A stretch of DNA of 55,362 nt from a virus (lineage: Duplodnaviria; Caudoviricetes): positions 1 through 55,362 of IMG/VR virus record IMGVR_UViG_3300030329_004008, one strand, 5' to 3'. The notes beneath the pieces were generated by a model that saw only the letters and a program-made list of their open reading frames with translations, searched no databases and was not told where the DNA came from. Made by a program: the position numbers and the translations under genes. Positions 36,300 through 44,577 of the stretch are shown piece by piece (the first letter of the stretch is position 1; every line of letters starts with the position of its first letter).

Positions 36300-36431
36300 A
36301 TGTATGACATCATAGAAAAATTATGCAGTTTAAATAGCATAACAACAAGATTGCTAGTGTGGATAATCTTAATAACATTCACTCTAGTAATATGGTATTT
36401 AATACTATCACAAATAACATGGAGAACATAA
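36300..36431 (+). CDS. Small membrane protein, 43 aa (MYDIIEKLCSLNSITTRLLVWIILITFTLVIWYLILSQITWRT)
   Basis: Manually translated; AAAGGAG RBS; TAATG coupling to the next gene. Confidence 0.65.
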   Translation: MYDIIEKLCSLNSITTRLLVWIILITFTLVIWYLILSQITWRT

Positions 36432-36805
36432 TGAAACCTAAAACAGCACTTCGCTACTCAAGCGCAACTAAGAAAAATGCATTGTCATTGATTTCTAGAG
36501 GTTGGTTAATTTCAGAGATAGCGAAAAAACATAATACAACTATTGCTACTATCTATGCTTGGAAGAAGAAGTATCCTCATTGGGTAACTTTGAAAAATCA
36601 AGTTAATGGTGTTTTAACTAAATCAGAAGGCAAAAAAGCTATCAAGACTCCTAAAAAGAAAGTCAATACTGTGACTATTAAGTTAACAGGGAAGTTTGCT
36701 GATGATTTAGCTAAGCAAGCAAAAGAAGATATTAGAACTTTGGATGCTCAAGCAAAATACTATATCTTGAATGGGATAAGAAACCATCACGGTATACCCT
36801 TTTAA
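36431..36805 (+). CDS. DNA-binding regulator: N-terminal HTH plus C-terminal ribbon-helix-helix-like domain
   Basis: RYSSATKKNAL...SEIAKKHNTTIATIYAWKKKY; VTIKLTGKFADDLAKQAKEDIRTLDAQAKYYI. Start revised to the ATG at 36431 (GGAG RBS). Confidence 0.7.
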   Translation: MKPKTALRYSSATKKNALSLISRGWLISEIAKKHNTTIATIYAWKKKYPHWVTLKNQVNGVLTKSEGKKAIKTPKKKVNTVTIKLTGKFADDLAKQAKEDIRTLDAQAKYYILNGIRNHHGIPF

Positions 36806-36807
36806 TC

Positions 36808-37131
36808 ATGACTACACAGGAGTTTAAACTTCTCCTGGAAAATGAAATCATGCCTGCCATAAGCAGTATGAGAGATGCTGGACAGAAAGAATATGCACAA
36901 AATGTTGATGAAATATTTGCTAATTTCCACAGAATAGCAGAAGATATGGGCATTAATAGGAAGAAAGTATTAATGACATATTGCCTGAAGCATATAGATG
37001 GAATTAATGCATTTATTAAAGGTCATAAATCTCAAAGAGAAGATGTGACAGGACGCATAACAGACTGTATAGTGTATCTCATGCTCTTATGGGGCATGAT
37101 TAAAGAAGAACGGGAGAAGCAAAATGTTTGA
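36808..37131 (+). CDS. MazG-like all-helical nucleotide-modification-associated domain protein
   Basis: KEYA...FANF...LKHIDGI...EDVTGRITDCIVYLMLL. Confidence 0.6.
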   Translation: MTTQEFKLLLENEIMPAISSMRDAGQKEYAQNVDEIFANFHRIAEDMGINRKKVLMTYCLKHIDGINAFIKGHKSQREDVTGRITDCIVYLMLLWGMIKEEREKQNV

Positions 37132-37324
37132 AGATATCATAAATAATGAAAAAGAGTTACTTGCTACTCTAGAGACTATCAAAGATCTGATTAATGAACA
37201 TAATATATTCCCTTTAAAAGGAATGATGGATCAGATAGATAAGCTTATTGAGCGAAGTAATTTAACTATAGCTGGATTAAATAAAATACAATCAAAGGAG
37301 AATAACAATGAACATACAAGGTAA
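37124..37324 (+). CDS. Hypothetical protein
   Basis: GGGAG RBS; operon packing. Confidence 0.6.
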   Translation: MFEDIINNEKELLATLETIKDLINEHNIFPLKGMMDQIDKLIERSNLTIAGLNKIQSKENNNEHTR

Positions 37325-37676
37325 ATATCAACAAGGTGATGTGGTGCTTTATAAAGTATCTGAAGAGGATTTCGATAAAGCAAGGTTATATCATAGAGAT
37401 AAAACTCATCATAGAAGAGCCGCTCTTGCATATGGTGAAGAAACTGGTCATTGTCATGCTATTTATATGAAAGATATGCTGGATAATGCCGAAGTAACAT
37501 TATGCAAATCACAGACCTGGTCTAGAGATAATGAAGGCTTAATTGTACATAACAAACCTGTCCAGTTAAAGCATGAAGAGCATAACACTATAACATTAGA
37601 GCCTGGATACTATCTTCAACGAATTGTTAAGGAATATGATCATATTTCAGGCATAACCAGAGGAGTGATAGATTAA
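37308..37676 (+). CDS. His-rich conserved protein (QGDV / GExTGHxH family)
   Basis: YQQGDVVL, LAYGEETGHCH, LKHEEHNTITLEPGYY, KEYD. Confidence 0.75.
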   Translation: MNIQGKYQQGDVVLYKVSEEDFDKARLYHRDKTHHRRAALAYGEETGHCHAIYMKDMLDNAEVTLCKSQTWSRDNEGLIVHNKPVQLKHEEHNTITLEPGYYLQRIVKEYDHISGITRGVID

Positions 37677-38221
37677 TGGCAAAACTAACAAGTCAACAAC
37701 GTGATTATTTTACAAAACGTATTAACGATCAATTCGCAACACACCTTGGACCACTTGAAAAGAATGCTGCATTAAAGAAAGCTGATTTTGTCAACGAACA
37801 GTTCGATATCTTCGTGGAAAATCTTGGTATAAAGAAAAACCTGGAAGATCTGCAAGAAGCATTAATGCATATCCAAACAGCAAGACAAGCAGTTGCAAAC
37901 ATAATGAGTAATCTATGCAAACAGTATGATATTAAAAATTCATCATATGGAAGTGATAGGTATGAATGGAATTGGTCTGACTATAGAGACGACATGATTG
38001 AAGTTAAAAATAAGCTAATGGAAATGTGCAGGAAGGAATGTGAAGAAGCATTCAAGCAGTTTCCTGAAGGTGTTGAGATTGAGAAGCTTAAATCTAAGAA
38101 GCGTGAAGCATTAGATTATATCATGGGTTATGACCAGTCTAAAGAACTTCTTGATGGCTTATCTGTGGTATTAACAGGTAGTGGAGTTGCAATGCTAGAA
38201 GAATATAAGGAGGCTAAATGA
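37676..38221 (+). CDS. Hypothetical helical protein, 181 aa
   Basis: TAATG coupling. Confidence 0.75.
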   Translation: MAKLTSQQRDYFTKRINDQFATHLGPLEKNAALKKADFVNEQFDIFVENLGIKKNLEDLQEALMHIQTARQAVANIMSNLCKQYDIKNSSYGSDRYEWNWSDYRDDMIEVKNKLMEMCRKECEEAFKQFPEGVEIEKLKSKKREALDYIMGYDQSKELLDGLSVVLTGSGVAMLEEYKEAK

Positions 38222-38469
38222 AGATAGAATGGAATTATGATGATGTGGAGCAAGATATAGTATCAGTTTATCTGAAGAAACATTGCATCGGATATTTTAA
38301 ACTTACAGATGATAATTTTAGAATAATAACAGATGGAATGAATACACCAGAGATTAGTATGATCGTTTTAAGTCAGATCGTAAGTGAGTATCCTGATGCT
38401 ATTAAGACTGCTGGTAAATACATGCTATCAGCAGAAAATGACTTTGTCGAAGAGGGTACAATGCAGTAA
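38218..38469 (+). CDS. Hypothetical protein
   Basis: AGGAGG RBS; ATGA coupling. Confidence 0.7.
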   Translation: MKIEWNYDDVEQDIVSVYLKKHCIGYFKLTDDNFRIITDGMNTPEISMIVLSQIVSEYPDAIKTAGKYMLSAENDFVEEGTMQ

Positions 38470-38483
38470 ATTTACCCTATCCA

Positions 38484-38666
38484 ATGGAACTAGATGTATT
38501 AAACTTTATAATCGAGACGTACGAAGATACGATTGATCGCCTTGTCACTATAGGAGTCGGTAATGAAACCGAATTTGGCAATATTGTCACAGACAAGATG
38601 ATGAATACTATTATCGACCGTATGAATACTCTCAAGATTAGAAGAATGCATCTCCTCGATTACTAA
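38484..38666 (+). CDS. Hypothetical protein
   Basis: Fills the gap; no clear RBS. Confidence 0.55.
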   Translation: MELDVLNFIIETYEDTIDRLVTIGVGNETEFGNIVTDKMMNTIIDRMNTLKIRRMHLLDY

Positions 38667-38681
38667 ACCTAAGGAATAAAT

Positions 38682-39452
38682 ATGAAAACTCTTTATCTCG
38701 ATTTCGAGAACGGCTACAAGTCCCTCGGAAGTAAAGAAGACATCTCTAATATTTTTGGATATCCAATGCTTCAGTATGAAAATTGGAATGATTTCAAAGT
38801 ACTGCTTGGTAAGATATTTGACTATAAAGATATTGAAGAGGTTGTCAAAGTAGGTGAACTAGAAATACCCCAAAGATATAAAAAGTGGGTACGCAGAGAC
38901 GGAGTAGATATAGACTGTATAGTCTTAGATACTGTCACTGAACTAGTTAAGAAATACCAAAGAGCTCTGGCAGGACCTGCTAAGAAGCTAAAATTACAAC
39001 AATGGGGCGAAATGAAAGCTGAATTAGATGCATTCTTTTCCCTATTAAATGCAATCCCTATCTCAATGATCTGTAATGTACACGGCAAACTCAAGGAAGA
39101 TAATGATGAAGGCGTGTTAAAGGTAATGCCAAATATTGAAGGCAGTACCAAAGATGATCTAGGTAAGTGGTTTGACTTTGTATTATACACTAAAGTTGTT
39201 AAAGACGAGAAAGGAAATCGTCATTACAAGTGGGTAACAGCTCGTGATGAGAAATATTGTCACGCCAAGGACAGAAGTCAATCATTACCAGAAGAGATGG
39301 AACAAGATTACAGTGTTATAACTAACATTGTAAAAGACAAAGGCTGGGATGGAGCTAAGATATTAATCATAGGAGATCCTGGCAGTGGAAAAACCTTAAG
39401 CTTAAGAACAATAAACAAAGGAGTAAATAATGCTAAAACTGGATCTAAGTAA
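38682..39452 (+). CDS. AAA_24/Sak4-like ATPase (recombinase-like), circularly permuted
   Basis: LYLDFENG, Walker B IVLDTVTEL, QWG, WFDFVLY, AKDRS; Walker A KILIIGDPGSGKT at the C-terminus. Confidence 0.85.
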   Translation: MKTLYLDFENGYKSLGSKEDISNIFGYPMLQYENWNDFKVLLGKIFDYKDIEEVVKVGELEIPQRYKKWVRRDGVDIDCIVLDTVTELVKKYQRALAGPAKKLKLQQWGEMKAELDAFFSLLNAIPISMICNVHGKLKEDNDEGVLKVMPNIEGSTKDDLGKWFDFVLYTKVVKDEKGNRHYKWVTARDEKYCHAKDRSQSLPEEMEQDYSVITNIVKDKGWDGAKILIIGDPGSGKTLSLRTINKGVNNAKTGSK

Positions 39453-39921
39453 GAAAGGTACAGCAGTCTTCCCAGAAGGCTGGGCAGAAGTTGTTATAAA
39501 TGATGCTGTAGATGGTGACTATAACGGAAATCGTTATATTGATCTATTCTTTAAAGATATGCCAGATACATTGAAATGTAGAATATGGTCAGCAAAGAAC
39601 ACAAAAACAGGTGAGGAATTTGGTATTGCCAATTTATTTCACCATGCGTGGGCTGGAATAAAGGTAGACGAAGCCACTAATACTGCGACTATAGATGATA
39701 ATGCACGTCATCTAAAGGGTAAAACTGTAAATGTATTCTTCTATAAAAATGAAGATGAATTTACTGATGCAGTAGGTCGTATCGCTCCAGTAGAAAGTGA
39801 GAATTTTACAGAAACTGATGTAAAAGCTCTTAAATCTAGTGTAGAAAGATACCACAAAAGACGTCACACTACAACAACTAGTACAAATGGGACTACCGAG
39901 ACAGCAGCAGTGCCATTTTAA
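39430..39921 (+). CDS. Putative single-stranded DNA-binding protein (DUF669-like)
   Basis: FPEGWAEVVI...LKGKTVNV; flexible tail ending VPF; follows the Sak4-like gene. Confidence 0.65.
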   Translation: MLKLDLSKKGTAVFPEGWAEVVINDAVDGDYNGNRYIDLFFKDMPDTLKCRIWSAKNTKTGEEFGIANLFHHAWAGIKVDEATNTATIDDNARHLKGKTVNVFFYKNEDEFTDAVGRIAPVESENFTETDVKALKSSVERYHKRRHTTTTSTNGTTETAAVPF

Positions 39922-39940
39922 TTAGCTAACAAATAACGAT

Positions 39941-39987
39941 AGCGGAGGGGGATGGTTGTTTCTGTTATCCATTCCCCTTTTGCTTTT
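39941..39987 (+). terminator. Long stem-loop (terminator or processing site)
   Basis: AGCGGAGGGGGATGG-[TTGTTTCTGTTAT]-CCATTCCCCTTTTGCT, then TTT. Confidence 0.55.
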
Positions 39988-40003
39988 AGAATAAGGAGAG
40001 ATC

Positions 40004-40405
40004 ATGCCAAAGAAAGTAAAAGAAATAATGCCTACAGTTAAATCCTTAATTGAAGAAGATCCTTCACTTGCTGATAATAATCCTAGGTTAATAGCTAATT
40101 TATGGTATCAACGATTGAAAGAAATGGGAGTTGTTGAGACTTATCCAGATACTAAATCAATACTTAGCTTTATAGTAAGCGGATTACCTAGTGCCGAAAG
40201 TATAACTAGGGCATCCAGAAAGCTTCAGATGGATAATCCTGAGTTACAGGGTAAGGAATGGAAGAAGAGGCAAGCTTACTCTAAAACTTACAGGAAGAAT
40301 ATCAATAAAATAGTACCTAAACCTTGTAAGGAAAGTACCAATAAGATAACAATGCATCCTGATTATGTAGCTCTTGTAGAAGATGAATTATTGGAGAAGC
40401 CATGA
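40004..40405 (+). CDS. Conserved phage protein (ESITRASRKLQ motif)
   Basis: AAGGAG RBS; motif recurrent in phage hypothetical proteins. Confidence 0.7.
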   Translation: MPKKVKEIMPTVKSLIEEDPSLADNNPRLIANLWYQRLKEMGVVETYPDTKSILSFIVSGLPSAESITRASRKLQMDNPELQGKEWKKRQAYSKTYRKNINKIVPKPCKESTNKITMHPDYVALVEDELLEKP

Positions 40406-42195
40406 TAAAGGAAATGGCATTTAGCTTATCTAATAGATTCAATTTTGTCGAATCATCACAAGTGCCTCAGTGGTATGGAACTAACAAAGATACTTTCATG
40501 AGTCTGTATGACTATGATGAATATGTGAAGAGCTTTGTTAAATCTAATAAGAAGCTATCTGGATTTGATGGGAAGATCTATATCCCTGCTGAATTCCTCC
40601 TTGATATTGATGGTACGGATGTCGATGATGCAAGGCAGAAAACTATCGGTCTAACATTAGCTTTGCATGACTTAATGATACCTTATAATGTTTATTTCTC
40701 TGGAACTGGATTCCATCTTGGAATACCTCAGGAAGCATTTTTATGGCAAGGTGCTAGAGACTTGCACCTGAAAGTAAAAGATGCATTAACAGAAAAAGGA
40801 ATCTTCGAGTTTGCTGATCCATCAGTAACAGATAAAACACGTATTATCAGACTGTTAAATACTAGAAATAGTAAATCCAATCTATATAAAGTGCATATTA
40901 CACAGCAGGAATTGCATTTGCATCCTGAAGAAATAATCCAACTAGCTAAGAAGCCAAGAGAGATTGAGGTAAAAATATTAGAATGCAATCCAGTATTTGA
41001 TGTCACTATACGTAAAAAAGAAGCTATTAAAATACAATTGAAAAAGCCTTTACAGGGTGAGCAACCTGATTTGCATCAATATCCATGTATTCAAGCAATG
41101 ATGGGTAATGTTAATCCTGGATCTAGGCATGCTGTAGCTTTAAGGATCTCAGCGCATTTAAGATGGAGATACCCTAAGCCTATTGTAGATATTGTAATGG
41201 ATCATTGGAGAAAGACTGTTGATAAAGATGGTGATTTTCCTGCAAAAGAAATGGACAGATTGGTAGATAGTACCTATAATGGTCATGGCGGTCAAGGAAA
41301 TCGTTACGGATGTAATGATGCTATCATGGATAAATATTGCCAATCAACATGCAAGCTATTCAAAGCAAAAAAGAATCAGAATGCATTAGACTCAACTGCT
41401 ATGGAAAAGCTACTAATGGAATTCATTCAATCAGATATAGAACCTATTGATATAGGAGCTCTATATGGAAAGAAATTTCCTATCTATCCAGGAGAGGTGG
41501 TAATAGTTCAAGGTCCACCTAAGTCTATGAAAACCATGCTGTTACAGAACTGGCTTAATGGATTAAAGAAAGAAACATACTTCTTAGAGATGGAAATGTC
41601 TCCTCGTCAAATGATGTTAAGATTTGCTATGATGGAAACTGGAATGTCAGAAGAAGAGGTTACAGATTCCTATAGACAAGGTGTTAGCATGAATGATAAA
41701 TTTAAATGGCTTACAATTGATTTCAATCCTTGTAGATCATTTGAACTAAGTAAGAGGATAGATATGCAGCCTACCAAGCCCGAAATAGTTGTAGTAGACC
41801 ATATGGGCTTATTTCATTCAGCGCATAAAGATAACAATATGAAAGTGGAAGAAGCTTCTCAAGCGTTAATGGAGCTTGCAATACAAAAGAATCTTGTTGT
41901 ATTTGCTGTATCAGAAATAGGTAAAGAATCCTTTAGGGAAGGCCAGAATATTGCATCAACTAGAGGTTCATTCCGTGTTGCATATAATGCAAATAAGATA
42001 ATAGGTGTAACTGGACGAAAGAATGAAGATGGATTGCTTAAGCATGTAGATGTAATGACTATAGCTAATCGAGAAAGAGAATCTCTAAATATGAGGTTTG
42101 ATGTTGATAATGTAATACTGAAACCATCAAAAGAAAAGATCACTAAGCCAACAAATAACCAAAGGAGAGTAATAAATGCAGAGATCGCTAGCTGA
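40402..42195 (+). CDS. AEP primase(-polymerase) fused to PriCT/Cys cluster and a RecA-fold (DnaB-like) helicase
   Basis: LLDID, FSGTGFHL, YPCI...RHAVAL, GC...YC..TC; GPPKSMKT, LEMEMS, VVVDH, RGS. Confidence 0.85.
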   Translation: MIKEMAFSLSNRFNFVESSQVPQWYGTNKDTFMSLYDYDEYVKSFVKSNKKLSGFDGKIYIPAEFLLDIDGTDVDDARQKTIGLTLALHDLMIPYNVYFSGTGFHLGIPQEAFLWQGARDLHLKVKDALTEKGIFEFADPSVTDKTRIIRLLNTRNSKSNLYKVHITQQELHLHPEEIIQLAKKPREIEVKILECNPVFDVTIRKKEAIKIQLKKPLQGEQPDLHQYPCIQAMMGNVNPGSRHAVALRISAHLRWRYPKPIVDIVMDHWRKTVDKDGDFPAKEMDRLVDSTYNGHGGQGNRYGCNDAIMDKYCQSTCKLFKAKKNQNALDSTAMEKLLMEFIQSDIEPIDIGALYGKKFPIYPGEVVIVQGPPKSMKTMLLQNWLNGLKKETYFLEMEMSPRQMMLRFAMMETGMSEEEVTDSYRQGVSMNDKFKWLTIDFNPCRSFELSKRIDMQPTKPEIVVVDHMGLFHSAHKDNNMKVEEASQALMELAIQKNLVVFAVSEIGKESFREGQNIASTRGSFRVAYNANKIIGVTGRKNEDGLLKHVDVMTIANRERESLNMRFDVDNVILKPSKEKITKPTNNQRRVINAEIAS

Positions 42196-42667
42196 TATTA
42201 GCAGAGACCTACTTATAGCTAAGACAGAATATGAAATCTTTAAAGAAGAAGATTTACAGAAACGTATTGATGAACTTAGGGATGAGCAGGCAAAGAAGGA
42301 AGATGGGATATATTTCTTCTATCAAGACTTTGATAAGGAAATAGAAATATTTGACCATCAAATAAAGAAAGCGCAAAGATACGTAAAGTTCCTGAAAAAT
42401 GAGCAAGAACGTATTAAGGGATATGTAGTAAGTCAATTCCAGCTTACTAATAAGTTACCTAAACACAGTGCTTTAAACCCTTTAAAGGTACGAGAATCTC
42501 AAGGAGCTGTAGATATAATTGATGAATCTAAGATCCCTGAGCAATATTGGGTTGAAGTAATCACTAAAAAGCTTGATAAGAAACGTATACTTAAAGAGCT
42601 AAAAAGTGGCAATGAAATCACTGGAGTCAGACTAATAAAGAAAGACTTCGTAACAGGACTTAAATAG
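42176..42667 (+). CDS. Siphovirus Gp157-like protein
   Basis: N-terminal coiled coil; VDIIDESKIPEQY...KLDKKRILKELKSGNEITGV. Confidence 0.8.
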   Translation: MQRSLADISRDLLIAKTEYEIFKEEDLQKRIDELRDEQAKKEDGIYFFYQDFDKEIEIFDHQIKKAQRYVKFLKNEQERIKGYVVSQFQLTNKLPKHSALNPLKVRESQGAVDIIDESKIPEQYWVEVITKKLDKKRILKELKSGNEITGVRLIKKDFVTGLK

Positions 42668-42675
42668 GAGAAATA

Positions 42676-43419
42676 ATGCAAACTACACTAGTAAGTAGCA
42701 ATATAGTAGATGAAGGATTCCTTTCTACTATCGAATTACCAGAAAAAACAAAATCATATGTACCAGTATCGCATTCAGACTTTGTCGATAATGTGAAAGA
42801 TATTGCGTCTAGGATGATGCCATCACATGAATTGCATGTAGAGAAGTATGGCATAGCTAGAGATGGTAAGCAAATGTTTGGTACATTAACTTATAAACAG
42901 GTTCTAGATTCATCTTTAAATCCTATTAATGATCTAGGTTTAAGTATAGGAATAAGGAATTCTTATGATAAATCTATGTCATTAGGCATTTGTAGCGGAG
43001 CGTCTGTATTTGTATGTGAGAACCTAATGATGAGTGGCGAAATTGTTGTAATGAGAACGCACAGAGGTCGTATATTAGATGAGCTAAAGGGCTTGATCTT
43101 TAATGCTATAGCCAATGCTGAAGGAAAGTTCCATACATTGCACTCTGATTCACTAGCATTTAAGAGTGAGGATTGCAATAATGATATGGCATTTGGCATG
43201 ATAGGAAGGTTATATGGAAGAGGTGTATTGCGTGAAAGACAATTGCCAGTAGTTAAAAAGGAATGGTTAAATCCTAAACATGAAGCATTTTCCGACAGAA
43301 ATGCATGGGGACTATACAATGCATGTACAGAAGCATTAAAGACTACTCCACCTATGTTTAGAATGAACAATCAGATTAAATTGCATGAACAGTTTAAATC
43401 TGAGTTTGGCATAGCATAA
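42676..43419 (+). CDS. DUF932-like protein
   Basis: YVPVSH, RNSYDKS, VFVCENLM, AWGLYNACTE. Confidence 0.8.
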   Translation: MQTTLVSSNIVDEGFLSTIELPEKTKSYVPVSHSDFVDNVKDIASRMMPSHELHVEKYGIARDGKQMFGTLTYKQVLDSSLNPINDLGLSIGIRNSYDKSMSLGICSGASVFVCENLMMSGEIVVMRTHRGRILDELKGLIFNAIANAEGKFHTLHSDSLAFKSEDCNNDMAFGMIGRLYGRGVLRERQLPVVKKEWLNPKHEAFSDRNAWGLYNACTEALKTTPPMFRMNNQIKLHEQFKSEFGIA

Positions 43420-43420
43420 A

Positions 43421-43702
43421 ATGGAACCTGATTACAAAGCTGCATTTAATATTCTTATGGATTATTGGAATTTCATACCAGATGATGAAAAGCCATTAGT
43501 TGATCAAAGGTTAAGGTTAGTTATAGATAATTATGGCTATGAACCTACTACTGCTGATGAGTATAACCAGGAATGGCTAAATAAAGAGCAAGAAGGGGCA
43601 TTAGAGGAGATATCTAATGATTCCCAGAGTGCACCATTACATAAGATAAAAGAGAGCTTAAAACGCTTAAAAGATGAATACGGCTTTGGAGTGCCAGATT
43701 AG
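43421..43702 (+). CDS. Hypothetical protein
   Basis: Starts 1 nt after the upstream stop. Confidence 0.65.
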   Translation: MEPDYKAAFNILMDYWNFIPDDEKPLVDQRLRLVIDNYGYEPTTADEYNQEWLNKEQEGALEEISNDSQSAPLHKIKESLKRLKDEYGFGVPD

Positions 43703-43784
43703 TCTTTTCAATAGACGGAAAAGAAAGGTTACGCTTCACCTTAAGCAAGCAGACAAGAAAATCTCACAAGAGGTTAGAGATAAC

Positions 43785-43840
43785 GAAGGGGAGAGGTCGG
43801 ATATGCGGAAACCGAGACACGTAAGCATTCTCTCCCCTTT
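43785..43840 (+). promoter_or_regulatory. Intergenic long stem-loop
   Basis: GAAGGGGAGAGG/TCTCTCCCCTTT enclosing TCGG...CCGA. Confidence 0.45.
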
Positions 43841-43899
43841 AATTCAATCTGGAGTTAATACCTAATAGAGGTATATCGTAAGATTTAAGGAGATAAATA

Positions 43900-44091
43900 A
43901 TGAGGATTAGGAAATACCACTTATGGGAAGCGGGTAGTAAGAAAACTACCAGAGAGCACATAAGGAAACTTGACGACAGAATTAGCAAGTTAGAATCTGT
44001 TATAGAGCAATTAACAAAAGAACTTGGCTATGCTATCACTATTGAAGATTTTGATAGTGGTTGGCTTGAAATAAAGAAGGTGAAGAAATGA
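43900..44091 (+). CDS. Hypothetical coiled-coil protein
   Basis: AAGGAG RBS. Confidence 0.7.
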   Translation: MRIRKYHLWEAGSKKTTREHIRKLDDRISKLESVIEQLTKELGYAITIEDFDSGWLEIKKVKK

Positions 44092-44243
44092 GAATGTGCC
44101 CTAAATGCAATATAGAAAAGCCTAAAGATCAGTTCTATCAATTTGGTGCTTTTAAGCATAATCTATGCAATCCATGTAGAAAGGAAAAGCAGAATGTATA
44201 TAACAGAGCGAGAGCTCAAAAGCTGAAGGCATCATCATGGTAA
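44088..44243 (+). CDS. Small zinc-finger protein, 51 aa (MRMCPKCNIEKPKDQFY...LCNPCRKE...)
   Basis: Manually translated; CxxC...CxxC; ATGA coupling. Confidence 0.65.
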   Translation: MRMCPKCNIEKPKDQFYQFGAFKHNLCNPCRKEKQNVYNRARAQKLKASSW

Positions 44244-44284
44244 AGCAAATAGAATGTCTAGCAAACTTAAACCTTAATGAACAC

Positions 44285-44318
44285 GGGGAGTGGGCCTTGC
44301 CTTTTCAACCTACTCCCC
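44285..44318 (+). promoter_or_regulatory. Stem-loop with a pyrimidine-rich loop
   Basis: GGGGAGTGGG-[CCTTGCCTTTTCAA]-CCTACTCCCC; no U-tract. Confidence 0.5.
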
Positions 44319-44327
44319 ACCCCACCC

Positions 44328-44447
44328 ATGAAAGAATTATTACAAATGGTACAGAGACTGATGAAAGAGAATGAGGAGCTCAAAGAAAGAGTTGCTATCC
44401 TGGAACAGATTCTGCATTCATACTTACCTACCATAGAACAAGATTAA
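44328..44447 (+). CDS. Small coiled-coil protein, 39 aa (MKELLQMVQRLMKENEELKERVAILEQ...)
   Basis: Manually translated; clear heptad pattern but no SD. Confidence 0.5.
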   Translation: MKELLQMVQRLMKENEELKERVAILEQILHSYLPTIEQD

Positions 44448-44478
44448 ATCGTGTTAGTTGTTCATGCTAACTCCTAAA

Positions 44479-44516
44479 GCGAGCATTGGGTCTTTCCTAT
44501 TTTTCCTAGTGCTCGC
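44479..44516 (+). promoter_or_regulatory. Stem-loop with an anti-SD-like loop
   Basis: GCGAGCATTGGG-[TCTTTCCTATTTTT]-CCTAGTGCTCGC, followed by an A run rather than U. Confidence 0.5.
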
Positions 44517-44525
44517 AAAAACTTC

Positions 44526-44555
44526 TTGTATCCTACTAAATATCTTTCCTAAACT
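44526..44555 (+). promoter_or_regulatory. Candidate sigma70-type promoter TTGTAT-N18-TAAACT
   Basis: Non-coding gap, 22 nt before the ATG at 44578. Confidence 0.4.
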
Positions 44556-44577
44556 AAGATACCCTTAGACTATTCAA

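Noticed and set aside
36359-36805. IS3-family transposase or mobile element
   Set aside because: Only an HTH resemblance; no DDE ORF, terminal inverted repeats or target duplication seen.
43674-43865. 63-aa ORF
   Set aside because: No RBS and it runs through a strong stem-loop; probably non-coding, though not excluded.
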